In this document: in pieces, positions 37,077-47,211 of the stretch
Position numbering within the stretch: the first letter of the stretch is position 1
Layout of the letters: every line of letters starts with the position of its first letter
Assembly (NCBI GenBank): GCA_016699045.1
Contig: CP064957.1
Coordinates: 341,599 to 405,598, forward strand
Length of the DNA: 64,000 nucleotides
Source of the DNA: a bacterium
GTDB lineage: Bacteria > Babelota > Babeliae > Babelales > RVW-14
Direction: 5' to 3'
Position numbers and translations under genes: made by a program
The notes under the pieces: generated by a model
Told to the model about the DNA's origin: nothing
Seen by the model: only the letters and a program-made list of their open reading frames with translations
Databases searched by the model: none

Positions 37077-37108
37077 AAAAAAAAGCCGGGTTGTTACCCG
37101 GCTTTTTT
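37077..37108 (-). terminator. rho-independent terminator downstream of 37138..38085
   Basis: The pattern is A8 - gccgggt - tgtt - acccggc - T6, which is symmetric. Confidence 0.75.
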
Positions 37109-37137
37109 AAAAATCATATGATGACGATAGACAGAAT

Positions 37138-38085
37138 TTATCGAGCATTATTACCAGCGTTACCAGCCCGATTTGCAACCGGTGGTACAACTCCTGGCAA
37201 CATATAAGGTCTTGAAGCTAGTTCATTCCCAAAACCAAATCGATTGTCAGCTGCCTCATTACGCCAACGAGCAGCCCCTTGGGCTACACGAGCTCGCTCC
37301 GCAGCCTTTTCAGCCTGCGCGTTGAAAGCTGAAGCAATACTCATACGACGATCATTAACCGTCTTATACAGCAACTCAATAGCCTTTTTCAAGTCGACAC
37401 ACGCATTGACTTCTGCATCATCTTTAGCTTTGTGCAATGCCTTTTTTACCAATGTTAACGCATTCATCAGGTCATCAGCCTGGCGACCAGCAACATTTTG
37501 TGCCGTTCTCATGGCATTTTCTTCCCCACCAAAACGCAACTGCGCTTCAATCACAATTCTATCTTTTTGAGTAAACAAAAAACCTGCAATGTTATCATTG
37601 GAAATTTCTTTTGCTACCTGGGCAAACAACTTGTAGGCACTTTCATACAAACCAAGAGTCGTGCGTCTGTACAACACATTATCAATAGCAGAAAAAATCG
37701 GCCAACACATTAAACCTGGCGAATACGGCGCAGCGGCAACACTAAGCTCAGTTGCTTTGTTGACCAATGCATTATCAATCAAAACACTCAATGATACTTC
37801 TTGATTAGCCAAAGCATCCCAAAATGCCCAGAGACCTTTAACGCCAAACAAGGTCACAACACCAGCCGCAAAAGCCGCCAATGGCTTACCAGCAACCGTC
37901 ATATCAACAGGCACTTGGTTAGCAAGATTATCTATCGTAAAAACACTTTCAAAATTAAGCTTACGTTCAGCTGACGGCATCATAACGCCATCAACCTCAA
38001 CAACTTGTGCGGTTGCCGAAACCGAAGTATGAATTGAAAGCATTGTTACCATCAATAGAGCTAAAAACAATTTTGTATTTTTCAT
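37138..38085 (-). CDS. secreted hypothetical protein
   Basis: The signal peptide MKNTKLFLALLMVTMLSIHTSVSA follows a GGGGGGA SD. No recognisable domain. Confidence 0.55.
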   Translation of the reverse strand: MKNTKLFLALLMVTMLSIHTSVSATAQVVEVDGVMMPSAERKLNFESVFTIDNLANQVPVDMTVAGKPLAAFAAGVVTLFGVKGLWAFWDALANQEVSLSVLIDNALVNKATELSVAAAPYSPGLMCWPIFSAIDNVLYRRTTLGLYESAYKLFAQVAKEISNDNIAGFLFTQKDRIVIEAQLRFGGEENAMRTAQNVAGRQADDLMNALTLVKKALHKAKDDAEVNACVDLKKAIELLYKTVNDRRMSIASAFNAQAEKAAERARVAQGAARWRNEAADNRFGFGNELASRPYMLPGVVPPVANRAGNAGNNAR

Positions 38086-38128
38086 GGAAAATCCCCCCAT
38101 AATTATAACTAACTAACCAATCAATATC

Positions 38129-38422
38129 TTATGATTCTATAAACCCAAAATAAGCCATCCATTCACGAACATTTCTGTGCAAGCTTGCCTGCACCATTGA
38201 TAAAAAAAACAGTCCAGGATTAGTCCTAACTCTATGGACAAGTTCTTGATGTGTCGCACTAAATTCTTGTTGCGACGGGTAATCTGGCATTATTTCTCCA
38301 GCTCCACCTTGCCCATCTATCAGAATCTCTGGATGAACAAAATGAAATTCTCCTGCCTGAACAGAACAATTCAAACCGAGCATTATCATTAACATTATTA
38401 AAAAGAATCTTGTTTGCTTCAC
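38129..38422 (-). CDS. small secreted hypothetical protein
   Basis: A GTG start after a GGGGGGG SD. Signal peptide KQTRFFLIMLMIMLGLNCSVQA. Confidence 0.45.
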   Translation of the reverse strand: MKQTRFFLIMLMIMLGLNCSVQAGEFHFVHPEILIDGQGGAGEIMPDYPSQQEFSATHQELVHRVRTNPGLFFLSMVQASLHRNVREWMAYFGFIES

Positions 38423-38604
38423 GAAACCCCCCCATTATCAAACATCTAACAAATAACCTAAACCATTTTAAGCTACCAAAGGCTTATAAAAAAGGCCTTG
38501 GGATATAGTTAGATTACCCCATTTTAAGAGGGCTGTAAAAGGCCCCAAAATGAGCGTTTTTGAGGCTAGAATGGGCTTTTTAATACGCTATGATAACGAA
38601 ACGC

Positions 38605-39684
38605 CTAGAACGGCTGGCAATGTTTTCTATTTGAATTTTCAAGCGCACAAAATAAGCGATCGTGGCTACTTGAGCGGGCATAATCAAGCGGCGTCTTGCC
38701 ATACTTGTCTGCCACCTGCCCAGAAGCACCTAACGAGCATAAATGCGCAACAATAGCAGTATGCTGGCGCAATGAGCGCTCGTACTGCCGACCATAAGCT
38801 CGCATTTGCGCTCGATAACGCACATGCGACCAGTAGCGACGCGGTTTAAAACGCAATGTATCTTTCCCCGCAGCATAATGCAACGGTGTTGCACCATCAA
38901 TATCACAATGACTCAAAGAAGCACCTTGCTTAATCAAAGCATCAACCACACACAAAGCGCCCGATGCCGCGGCGTAATGCAATGGTGTTTTACCATCTTT
39001 ATCTTTGCTATTTGCCGACCCACCCGCCTTGAGTAATAAATCAACAACTTTATCATAGTCATGAGGAATCGCATAATACCCAACTACAGCCCCCGCAGCA
39101 TAGTGCAAGGGTGCACGGCCAAACATATCCAAAAAATCAGCCCGTGCACCATGAGCCAATAAATGCGCAACCAAAAGATCCTGCCCATGCATGGCGGCAT
39201 AATGCAAAGGCGTACGCCCTTTTAAATCAGCGATTTCTATTGAAGATTGTTTACATAAACGGTCCATGATAGCGGCGTACTGCATCTGCTCCACCCAGGC
39301 CCCACGGCCTTTGCCTGCAGCACAATGCAACGGCGTATAGCCTTTGCAATCTTGTTGATCTGCACAAGCTCCATACGCACACAAAACATCAACCCCTGCC
39401 GTAAAACCCAACGAAGCAGCATAATGCAACGGAGTACGCCCATGAGCATCAGCTTCATGGACATCAGCCCCTTTTTTCAGTAGTGATGCCAACATAGAAC
39501 TATTTTTAGCATAAATTGCTTTATGTAAAAGACTCCAACGCGAAACACTATCGTTAGCGACGAGCAAGGCCCCGCCGGTACCATTTCGATTAAAAATGTT
39601 GTAAGCAGCAAAAAACGAAGCCCCAAATCCCAATAACATAGCAAAACTACTGCCAAGTAGTATCATCTTATTTTTCATCTTCAT
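38605..39684 (-). CDS. ankyrin-repeat protein with an N-terminal membrane anchor
   Basis: At least seven G(R/K)TPLHYAA... repeats of about 33 aa. Confidence 0.9.
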   Translation of the reverse strand: MKMKNKMILLGSSFAMLLGFGASFFAAYNIFNRNGTGGALLVANDSVSRWSLLHKAIYAKNSSMLASLLKKGADVHEADAHGRTPLHYAASLGFTAGVDVLCAYGACADQQDCKGYTPLHCAAGKGRGAWVEQMQYAAIMDRLCKQSSIEIADLKGRTPLHYAAMHGQDLLVAHLLAHGARADFLDMFGRAPLHYAAGAVVGYYAIPHDYDKVVDLLLKAGGSANSKDKDGKTPLHYAAASGALCVVDALIKQGASLSHCDIDGATPLHYAAGKDTLRFKPRRYWSHVRYRAQMRAYGRQYERSLRQHTAIVAHLCSLGASGQVADKYGKTPLDYARSSSHDRLFCALENSNRKHCQPF

Positions 39685-39879
39685 TCCCCCCGAATTAGAT
39701 TATTACTGAGCTGATTATACTTTTTTTGAAAAACAATACGCAAGACTTCTTGCAAAGATGCACAAGTATGGCAGCAGGCCAAGCTGCTACATTTACTCGT
39801 TCATAAAAAGGTGCTAAAATAAGCCTAATCTCGCATTAAGAACGGTTAGATTTTTAACTTAACGAATGAGGCATAGAAT

Positions 39880-42490
39880 ATGAATTCCTCTCAAATTCGC
39901 AAAAAGTTTTTCGACTTTTTTCAAAAACACAAGCACACAGTCGTTGCAAGTTCCTCCCTCATTCCGGCCGAAGATCCTACGCTCCTTTTTACTAATGCGG
40001 GCATGAATCAGTTTAAAGATGTTTTTTTAGGCAAAGAAAAACGCTCCTACAAACGTGCAACAAGTATCCAAAAATGCGTACGCGCCGGTGGTAAACACAA
40101 CGACCTTGATCAAGTTGGTTTTACCACACGCCATCTCACGTTTTTTGAAATGATGGGTAACTTTTCATTTGGCGACTATTTTAAAAAAGATGCCATGACG
40201 TTTGCGTGGGAGTTTTTAACCGTTGAAATGAAACTACCTAAAAAAGATCTTTATGTTTCTGTTTATGAAAAAGATGACGAATCATACAACATTTGGCATC
40301 AAGAACTTAATATTCCAGCAGATCATTTGGTCAAACTTGGCATGAAAGACAACTTTTGGGCAATGGGCGATACCGGACCATGCGGCCCCTGCACCGAAAT
40401 TTATTTAGATCGCGGTGCTAACGAAGGCTGTGGCTCTGCCGACTGCCGACCAAGCTGCGATTGCGCACGCTTCATTGAAATTTGGAATCTGGTATTTATG
40501 CAATACAACCGCCAAGAAGATGGCAGCTTTCAAGAACTTGCGCAAACCGGCGTTGATACCGGCATGGGCCTTGAACGTTTGTGCATGGTAACACAAGGCG
40601 TGAACAGTGTTTTTGAAACCGATCAATTTGCAACATTAACCGCCAGCATTGAAAAGAGAACCGGTGTTTCATACAAAAACAGTTCAGAAAAAATGCGTGC
40701 CAACTTTCACGTGATTGCCGACCACATTCGCTCATCATCGCTTTTAATTGCCGACGGTTGCGCGCCATCCAACGAAGGCCGTGGTTATGTGTTGCGTAAA
40801 ATTATCCGTCGTGCAGCACTGTTTGCTCAAAAAATTTCTGATGATAAAAAATTATTCTCCAATTTGGCGCTCGACTTTATTGCCAGCATGAGCGACATTT
40901 ATCCAGAATTGAAAAAAAATGAAAAGCTCATTTGCGCAGCTCTGGACAGCGAAATTGAACGTTTCGCACAAAACTTAATCAACGGCCAAGGCATTTTGCA
41001 AAGATATATTGAGCTCAACAAACAAGAAGGCGTTAAGGTAATTTCAGGCGACCAAGCTTTTAAATTGTACGATACCTACGGCTTTCCGCCAGAGCTCACG
41101 ATGCTGATCTGCCAAGAAGATGGCTTTACCGTCGACTTTGAAAACTTTGAAAAAGAGATGGCCAAACAAAAAGAACTTTCTGGCAAAAAAATGAAATCAG
41201 CAGGTTCTGAAACCATCTCGCTTGAAAACATGCCAACAAAATTTGTTGGGTACGAAGTTCTTGAAAATGAAAGTACCATCCAATTTGTCAGCGCAGCCGA
41301 CGATCATATCTGGTTGAGCACACAAGAATCACCATTTTACGTTGAATGCGGCGGTCAAGTTAACGACCACGGCCGCATCATCATCAACAAGCAAACATTT
41401 AAAGTTGTCGATCTTAAAAAAAGTGGCGAAACATTCAACCCCGCCATTTTAGTTAAAATTCCTGCAACTACGATTGACGGCGAGCCAGCAAAACAAATCA
41501 ACGTTGGTGACAAAGCGCATTCAATTGTTGAAGCAGCTGTTCGTCAAAGAACGGTCAAAAACCACACCGCTACGCACATGTTGCAAGCAGCTTTGCAAAC
41601 TGTTTTGGGTGGGCACGTTAAACAAGCAGGCTCTGTCGTTAACGACCAATATTTGCGTTTTGACTATGCGCATCATCAAGCGATGACCAAACTTGAAATC
41701 AAGCAAGTTGAAGATATCGTGAATGAAAAAATCCAAGCTGATATCAAAACAAACATTATGTGGACGTCGCTCAAAGATGCACAAAGCAGAGGCGTGATTT
41801 CATTTTTTGGTGAAAAATACAATCCAGAAAAAGTGCGTATTGTTGAAATTCCTGGCTTTTCTGCTGAGTTGTGCGGCGGTACACGCAAGCTCAACCGGCA
41901 TTATCGGCTGCTTTAAAATTGTGAGCGATACCGCACTGGCAACCGGCACTCGCCGTATTGTTGCCGTGACCGGCCCTGTCGCACTTGAAACGTTTCAAGA
42001 AAATTTTGACGTTATCAAAAGCTTAAGCGAATTGTTTAAAGTTAAACAAGAGCAGGTTTATGATGCCGTTCAAAAACAACAAGCAACGTTGCAAGCAGCA
42101 CAAACGCAGATCAAACAGCTCAAAAAGCAAATGTACAAAGCGTTTGTACCAAACTGGCAGAAAGATATTGAACTTGTTGGCAACGTACCATTTTTGTACC
42201 TTGAATTGGACGATGCATCAGCTGACGATATGAAAAATATCTGCCAAGACTTAAGTAAAGAAAAACCAGGCTTTTACTTGTTGCTTTCAAAAGCTCCTGG
42301 CCGCTTTACCTTCTTTGGGTTTGTCAGCAAAGAAAGCCCAGCTGCAGTTGATCTTAAAAAGTTTGCAGCATTTTTGCAAACAACGTTTAATCTCAAAGGC
42401 GGCGGTAATGAAACCTTCTTGCAAGGTGGCGGTACCGATGTGCCAAAAGAATTAAAACAACAAGTCAGCAACTGGCTTGAACAGCAATAA
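39880..42490 (+). CDS. alaS: alanine--tRNA ligase, reading frame interrupted near 41881
   Basis: The N-terminal ORF 39880..41916 carries the catalytic and editing motifs (FTNAGM, HHTFFEM-like, HTATHML). It ends ...ELCGGTRKLN...*. The +2 frame continues ...HASSTGIIGCFKIVSDTALATGTRRIVAVTG... to 42490. Confidence 0.9.
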
Positions 42491-42506
42491 TTAGTATTAG
42501 TTTCAA

Positions 42507-42549
42507 GAAGAAGAAAGCCCCGCGTTTTGAATGCGGGGCTTTCTTCTTC
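42507..42549. terminator. bidirectional rho-independent terminator
   Basis: A perfect 17-bp stem (gaagaagaaagccccgc / gcggggctttcttcttc) between convergent genes. Confidence 0.8.
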
Positions 42550-42565
42550 TTTGCTCACAAAATCT

Positions 42566-45500
42566 TTAATCGATTATTTTTTCTACTGGTATGCCTTGCT
42601 TGTCAAGCTCAGGACAAAACTTAAGGCCCTTAATTTTTTTCAATGATCTGAAAAAATTTATCCTTTTAAGTTGGGGCATAGGCCCCGTAAACTCTATGAA
42701 TGCCATATCTAAAGAAAAATTAATATTCTGCATAATTGGGCATGCCGGTAAAGAAATTTCTTTGAGAGGCGCAGACAAATCAAAACTAATTTCTTTTAAA
42801 TTCTCCAGAACACCACTAAATGTTATTGATTCAAGATTCCTAGTATTTTTTAAATTTATCTTAGTAAGTACAGGACATGCTGACAACTTAATAGTGTTTA
42901 CTCTCGAACCCTCAAGTATAATCTCTTCTAGACTCTCCATAGTCTCATTAAATTTTACCACTTCAAGCTTGTCAGTATGGGCTAAATCTATTTTTTTAAG
43001 CTTAGGACATAATGAGAACTCAATAGTTTTTATTCCCGTCGCAAACATCTCGATTTCTTGAAGACTATCCATCTTGTCGCTAAATTTTATCGACTCAAGT
43101 CTTTGATTCAAACGTAAGTTAACAGTTTTTAACTGAGGACATAATGGGAACTCAATAGCTGTTATTCTCGTCCTAGACATATCGATTTTTTGAAGACTAT
43201 CCATTCTATCGCTAAATTTTATCACCTCAAGTTTTTGAGCGTCACGAAAATTGATAAAATCTAATTGAGGACACCTTGAAAGATCAATTTTTTTTATTCC
43301 TGAAGACATAAGATTAAGCTCCACAAGCCTTTCCATTATCTCAGAAAACTTTACAAATTCAAGATTCTCAGTACGCATTAAATGGATTTTTTTTAATTGA
43401 GGACATTTCATAAACTCAATACTTTTTATTTTTGCAAAGCTCAGATCCACCTCTTCAAGAAATTCCATTATTGCAGAACATTTTATAGATTCAAGTTGCT
43501 TATCCTCAAATGCGTTAATTCTTTTGAGCTGAGGACACATTGAGAGATCAAGTACTTTAATAGTACTTTCCTGATCCAGAAATAATGTTGATACATGTTG
43601 AAAAAACAGCAACAAAACAAAATCATTGTCATTTTTTAAAACTAAACTCTTAACCTCAGCCTTAATCGTTTCTTCAAAAAACGATTCTTCTTTTAATTTT
43701 ATAAGCGTAGTCATAATTTGTTGCACACTTGCCTTATCTTCCCACAGAAAAGAATGCAAAAGATTTTTAAGAATTAAAACAGCCCGATCTACAGAAATAG
43801 CCTTTTTTTCAAACATATCATGAACATTATTTAAAGCCTTAACTATTGAGTTTGTATCGCTAATACTTTCATTAAATAATTGATAGATAACGCTTATTGC
43901 TGAAAGATCTTTTGTTAAAGCCGCATCGAGCAGAAGCATCGATGGATTTATTGTTTTTTCTTGATCAGCCAAAAGTGTGGTTCTTGCTTTTTGAATATCC
44001 TCATCTTTCAACCCAATAGAATCTTTTTGCGAAATTTGTAAATTCTGAATATCGATGTGCCCAACCAAAACTCTAACAGTAAAACCGAAAAGCTGCTCAG
44101 GCCCACTATTTACGACAACCTCAATATTTCCCAGAAGATCATTTCTTAATGAATCAATAGAAACATCAGCATAATCAACATCACAAGAATGCTCAGCATT
44201 GAGAACTGTACAAAACTTTTGCAAACAATCGGTTACCAATGTTTGAACACTTTCTTTAAATGCTTCTTCCTGTCCCGCAACCAAGACTGGCTCAGCCGCT
44301 GCCTCAAGACTAAAAATAGTTTTAAAAACACGTACAAAATTGAGCATGCCCGTATCAAGCTCATTATTATTTTCTGCATCAGCAGCAACAAATTTTTGAC
44401 AATACACAACGTCATGCCCAAGATCAGCAACAACCTTGTTCCAAGTACTTCTGATAATCTGGCTCCCCGCGTTAGCTTTATCTGGCGGTTGAACAGCGTA
44501 AAATGCTTGGAGATTGGGAATATATGCAGCATTTTTACCATTCATATGCGCATCAAGTGATGCCATATTAAACATCATCAATTCTCGATTATAAAACATA
44601 AAATTGATAATATGCCGCACGGTAGTTTCAACACAATCAGCAAAGGTTGTATTACTGAATGTATTAGTGCTTCTTTGATACATTTGCGCATTACCATTTG
44701 AAATAGGGGTTGTGCCATTTTTGTACGGTATAGCTCTAGTAAAAACATCTCGATTTGCAATAATCCACAAGTCATCCAAACTGCCTTGATCAATCCGTTC
44801 AAGAGCTGGCATAATATCTTCTTTTTCAAGCAAGCCATTAATTTGATCGATCTTACTTTTATCAACAATATTTTCGTTCAACCCACTGAGCAACGCTTTT
44901 ATATCATTTTGGTCAGCAAACTTATGACAAAAAAATGCAGTAATTATTTGCTCAACAAAATAATAAGGATAAAAAACAGAACCATTACTGACTTTAAGAG
45001 AAACTTCTGCTTTGATAACTTTGGCAATATTCAGTAAAAGGTCATACAACGGAGTTTCTGAGTTTTTTTTCAAAAACTTATTCTTTGGAAATGCGTCTGC
45101 AACCACCACTTTCTGATTTGTTATCGACAAAATATTATCAATTTCTGATGGTAGATTTTCATTCGTTTCTAGCCATTTTCGAACGGCATAAGAAAAATTG
45201 AGCAAAGCAGCAACATGGGCTACCGTACAATATTTTCCAAAATTAGCAGAATATCCTGTTTCAGTCGTCAGTTGCCCAGCCGGCGATGGAAACAAAATTT
45301 TAATAATTTCTAGCACTGGATCATTTGCCGGCACCTTATCTTTAATATAAACCCGTTTGCCATCAGCATCATGCGCCGCCTCAACATTATAAAAACGCAG
45401 ATTTTCAATGATGCCGCACGACAATGCAGTCGACCCAAAAATGGGCGAATAGTACTCATAGCCTGGTTTAAAACACTGATTAACATTTTTGAAAGCTCGC

Positions 45501-45589
45501 GGTGAAAGGCCAGTCGCATGCAGCGCAACTTGAGAAACAAGACAGAAAAGAACGGCCAACAGAACATACGCACGTCGCAATAGCTTCAT
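42566..45589 (-). CDS. secreted leucine-rich-repeat protein (large N-terminal domain plus C-terminal LRR array)
   Basis: The ATG at 45589 follows GGAGAGG and gives the signal peptide MKLLRRAYVLLAVLFCLVSQVALHA. The C-terminal third is made of 44-aa double-LRR units (..CPQLKKI.L.....LE.IKFS..M..L.EI....). Confidence 0.85.
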   Translation of the reverse strand: MKLLRRAYVLLAVLFCLVSQVALHATGLSPRAFKNVNQCFKPGYEYYSPIFGSTALSCGIIENLRFYNVEAAHDADGKRVYIKDKVPANDPVLEIIKILFPSPAGQLTTETGYSANFGKYCTVAHVAALLNFSYAVRKWLETNENLPSEIDNILSITNQKVVVADAFPKNKFLKKNSETPLYDLLLNIAKVIKAEVSLKVSNGSVFYPYYFVEQIITAFFCHKFADQNDIKALLSGLNENIVDKSKIDQINGLLEKEDIMPALERIDQGSLDDLWIIANRDVFTRAIPYKNGTTPISNGNAQMYQRSTNTFSNTTFADCVETTVRHIINFMFYNRELMMFNMASLDAHMNGKNAAYIPNLQAFYAVQPPDKANAGSQIIRSTWNKVVADLGHDVVYCQKFVAADAENNNELDTGMLNFVRVFKTIFSLEAAAEPVLVAGQEEAFKESVQTLVTDCLQKFCTVLNAEHSCDVDYADVSIDSLRNDLLGNIEVVVNSGPEQLFGFTVRVLVGHIDIQNLQISQKDSIGLKDEDIQKARTTLLADQEKTINPSMLLLDAALTKDLSAISVIYQLFNESISDTNSIVKALNNVHDMFEKKAISVDRAVLILKNLLHSFLWEDKASVQQIMTTLIKLKEESFFEETIKAEVKSLVLKNDNDFVLLLFFQHVSTLFLDQESTIKVLDLSMCPQLKRINAFEDKQLESIKCSAIMEFLEEVDLSFAKIKSIEFMKCPQLKKIHLMRTENLEFVKFSEIMERLVELNLMSSGIKKIDLSRCPQLDFINFRDAQKLEVIKFSDRMDSLQKIDMSRTRITAIEFPLCPQLKTVNLRLNQRLESIKFSDKMDSLQEIEMFATGIKTIEFSLCPKLKKIDLAHTDKLEVVKFNETMESLEEIILEGSRVNTIKLSACPVLTKINLKNTRNLESITFSGVLENLKEISFDLSAPLKEISLPACPIMQNINFSLDMAFIEFTGPMPQLKRINFFRSLKKIKGLKFCPELDKQGIPVEKIID
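42770..43561 (-). repeat. in-frame tandem repeat of ~132 bp (about six units) encoding the LRR array
   Basis: One example is the ttgaagactatccat...cgctaaattttat block, which recurs at ~43061 and ~43193. Protein units of exactly 44 aa repeat consecutively. Confidence 0.8.
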
Positions 45590-45697
45590 ACAAATCCTCT
45601 CCAAAAATTTCTGAACCGAAGAATCTTGGGAAGTAGCATAAGAAATCATGCTGATTGAAAGCAAGAATTTGATTACAACCCGATTTTAACAGCGCTA

Positions 45698-47140
45698 TCA
45701 GGTAACCTTTTGAAAAGCCAACTCTAACTGAAACCGCAACTCTGCCCAATCGCTTTTGGCAGCTCTAAAATGATCTCGAATATTTTTCATGGTATTGAAA
45801 GAAAAAGCATAATCAGCCACCGCTTTTTTATGCACGCCATCAAAGCATGAAAAGAACACCTGGTCTTTGATATTTGAAATATTCAATGATACATCGCACG
45901 CCTGCTCACACTTGTGCAGCGCTTGCAGCACCAGCGGCGTAAAAACAACAATCGGCAATGGATCGAAAAACGTTTCGCGCTTTTCCCAATCTGCATACCA
46001 AAAGTCTGCATGCGTTGGATCGTACGGGTAAGCAGAAAAAAGACTGCCACCACGTAACGCTGCCCAGATATTGAAATTTTTGGTAGAAAAAACAGGCTCG
46101 GCATTAACATCGCGCTCAACCATAATGCGCGCCTGCATAATCCTATTTTGTGAACTTTCCAAAAACGGTGCTCGCATACACTGCCGACTTCTACGCCCAC
46201 GCGTTGAAACAAAATCGGCCGCTTGAATGCTATCGTTGTCAGAATAAAGATTAAACACTTTGCCAAAAAATGGCGAAAAGAAAAACGGCTCGGTCTCATC
46301 TTGAATTGGCGTACCATAAATAATTAACTCATCAACATGCAGTTTTTTATTAGTTGGACGCGTGTACAACTCTTTATGCTTTTTATCTTTTTTTATCGTT
46401 TCTAAATTATCGAAAAGTTCAAGATAGTCTTTGAGCAAATCATGATCAACGCTTGCTTTTTTCTTGTGCAAAATGGTATAAATACCGGCCAAATTGGCAC
46501 AAACATTACCGCCGTGGCTATGCGCAATAAGACGCACTTTTGGTTTAACGCCCCGATCATGATATGTTTTTAGTAAGTTACTGAGTTCGTTATAAAACCG
46601 CACCGCTTCAAGACGGCGCTCTGCTTGACTTAACAACCCATTCCAACCAAACGTAAAAAATGTTTCATTTATTGCCGGGTTAACATGCTGCGCAAAAGCG
46701 CGATACGCGCTGACAATAGGCACCACAATTGATTTATTATCTGCCAAGTTGATTGAGCAATCAACTTTACACAAACCACGCTGTCCCATAAATCGCCCAG
46801 AATATAGCGACTCACTTGCACGCAATTGTTTTTGCAGCGAGCGATACCAAGAATGTTTAGTATTGTCATTTAATAAACGAAAAAAACTGATCAAACTTAA
46901 CGCCGACCCATACGTCCCATGCACAAAAATAGTAAGCCATTCTTCTTGCTCAGCGCGGTCAAGCATCGGAAACGCTTGCATAAAAAATGATTGTTGAATA
47001 TCAACAAACGGTACCGAAACACTTTTAGCATCTAAAAAAAAAGAGGCGCTGGAAAGAATCATTACAAGCCAAAGCTTAAGCAGTTTATTCATAGTTTTTC
47101 TTTGATGTAAAAAATGCAACAATATAGATTTATAAAGCAT
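45698..47140 (-). CDS. alpha/beta-hydrolase-fold protein (lipase/esterase-like), secreted
   Basis: IFVHGTYGS and the nucleophile-elbow-like LIAHSHGGNV are present. The hydrophobic N-terminus MNKLLKLWLVMILSSASFF suggests a possible start at 47092. Confidence 0.55.
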   Translation of the reverse strand: MLYKSILLHFLHQRKTMNKLLKLWLVMILSSASFFLDAKSVSVPFVDIQQSFFMQAFPMLDRAEQEEWLTIFVHGTYGSALSLISFFRLLNDNTKHSWYRSLQKQLRASESLYSGRFMGQRGLCKVDCSINLADNKSIVVPIVSAYRAFAQHVNPAINETFFTFGWNGLLSQAERRLEAVRFYNELSNLLKTYHDRGVKPKVRLIAHSHGGNVCANLAGIYTILHKKKASVDHDLLKDYLELFDNLETIKKDKKHKELYTRPTNKKLHVDELIIYGTPIQDETEPFFFSPFFGKVFNLYSDNDSIQAADFVSTRGRRSRQCMRAPFLESSQNRIMQARIMVERDVNAEPVFSTKNFNIWAALRGGSLFSAYPYDPTHADFWYADWEKRETFFDPLPIVVFTPLVLQALHKCEQACDVSLNISNIKDQVFFSCFDGVHKKAVADYAFSFNTMKNIRDHFRAAKSDWAELRFQLELAFQKVT

Positions 47141-47211
47141 TATTTGCTAGCTCGGCCCAGATTATAGCACACGCTTTCTTGAGAAACAAATATAAAGAAT
47201 AACTGCTTATT

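Noticed and set aside
37138-39700. Three consecutive minus-strand genes (starts at 38085, 38422 and 39684) are each preceded by a G6-7 run (GGGGGGA-type SD). This was considered as a possible shared regulatory element.
   Set aside because: The motif is short and fits a strong SD. Similar G-rich SDs occur elsewhere (19740, 9432). There is no extended conserved flank to support a distinct element.
41807-42490. The 227-aa ORF starting at an ATG at 41807 was considered as an independent gene (a free-standing AlaX/C-Ala protein).
   Set aside because: Its first ~25 codons are an out-of-frame read of alaS sequence. Homology to AlaRS starts only at ...HASSTG, exactly where the upstream frame loses it. 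No SD is present, so it is the displaced 3' part of alaS.
42770-43561. Regular ~132-bp DNA repeats were considered as a possible CRISPR-like or intergenic tandem array.
   Set aside because: The repeats are contiguous with no unique spacers, in frame, and encode 44-aa LRR units within one long ORF.
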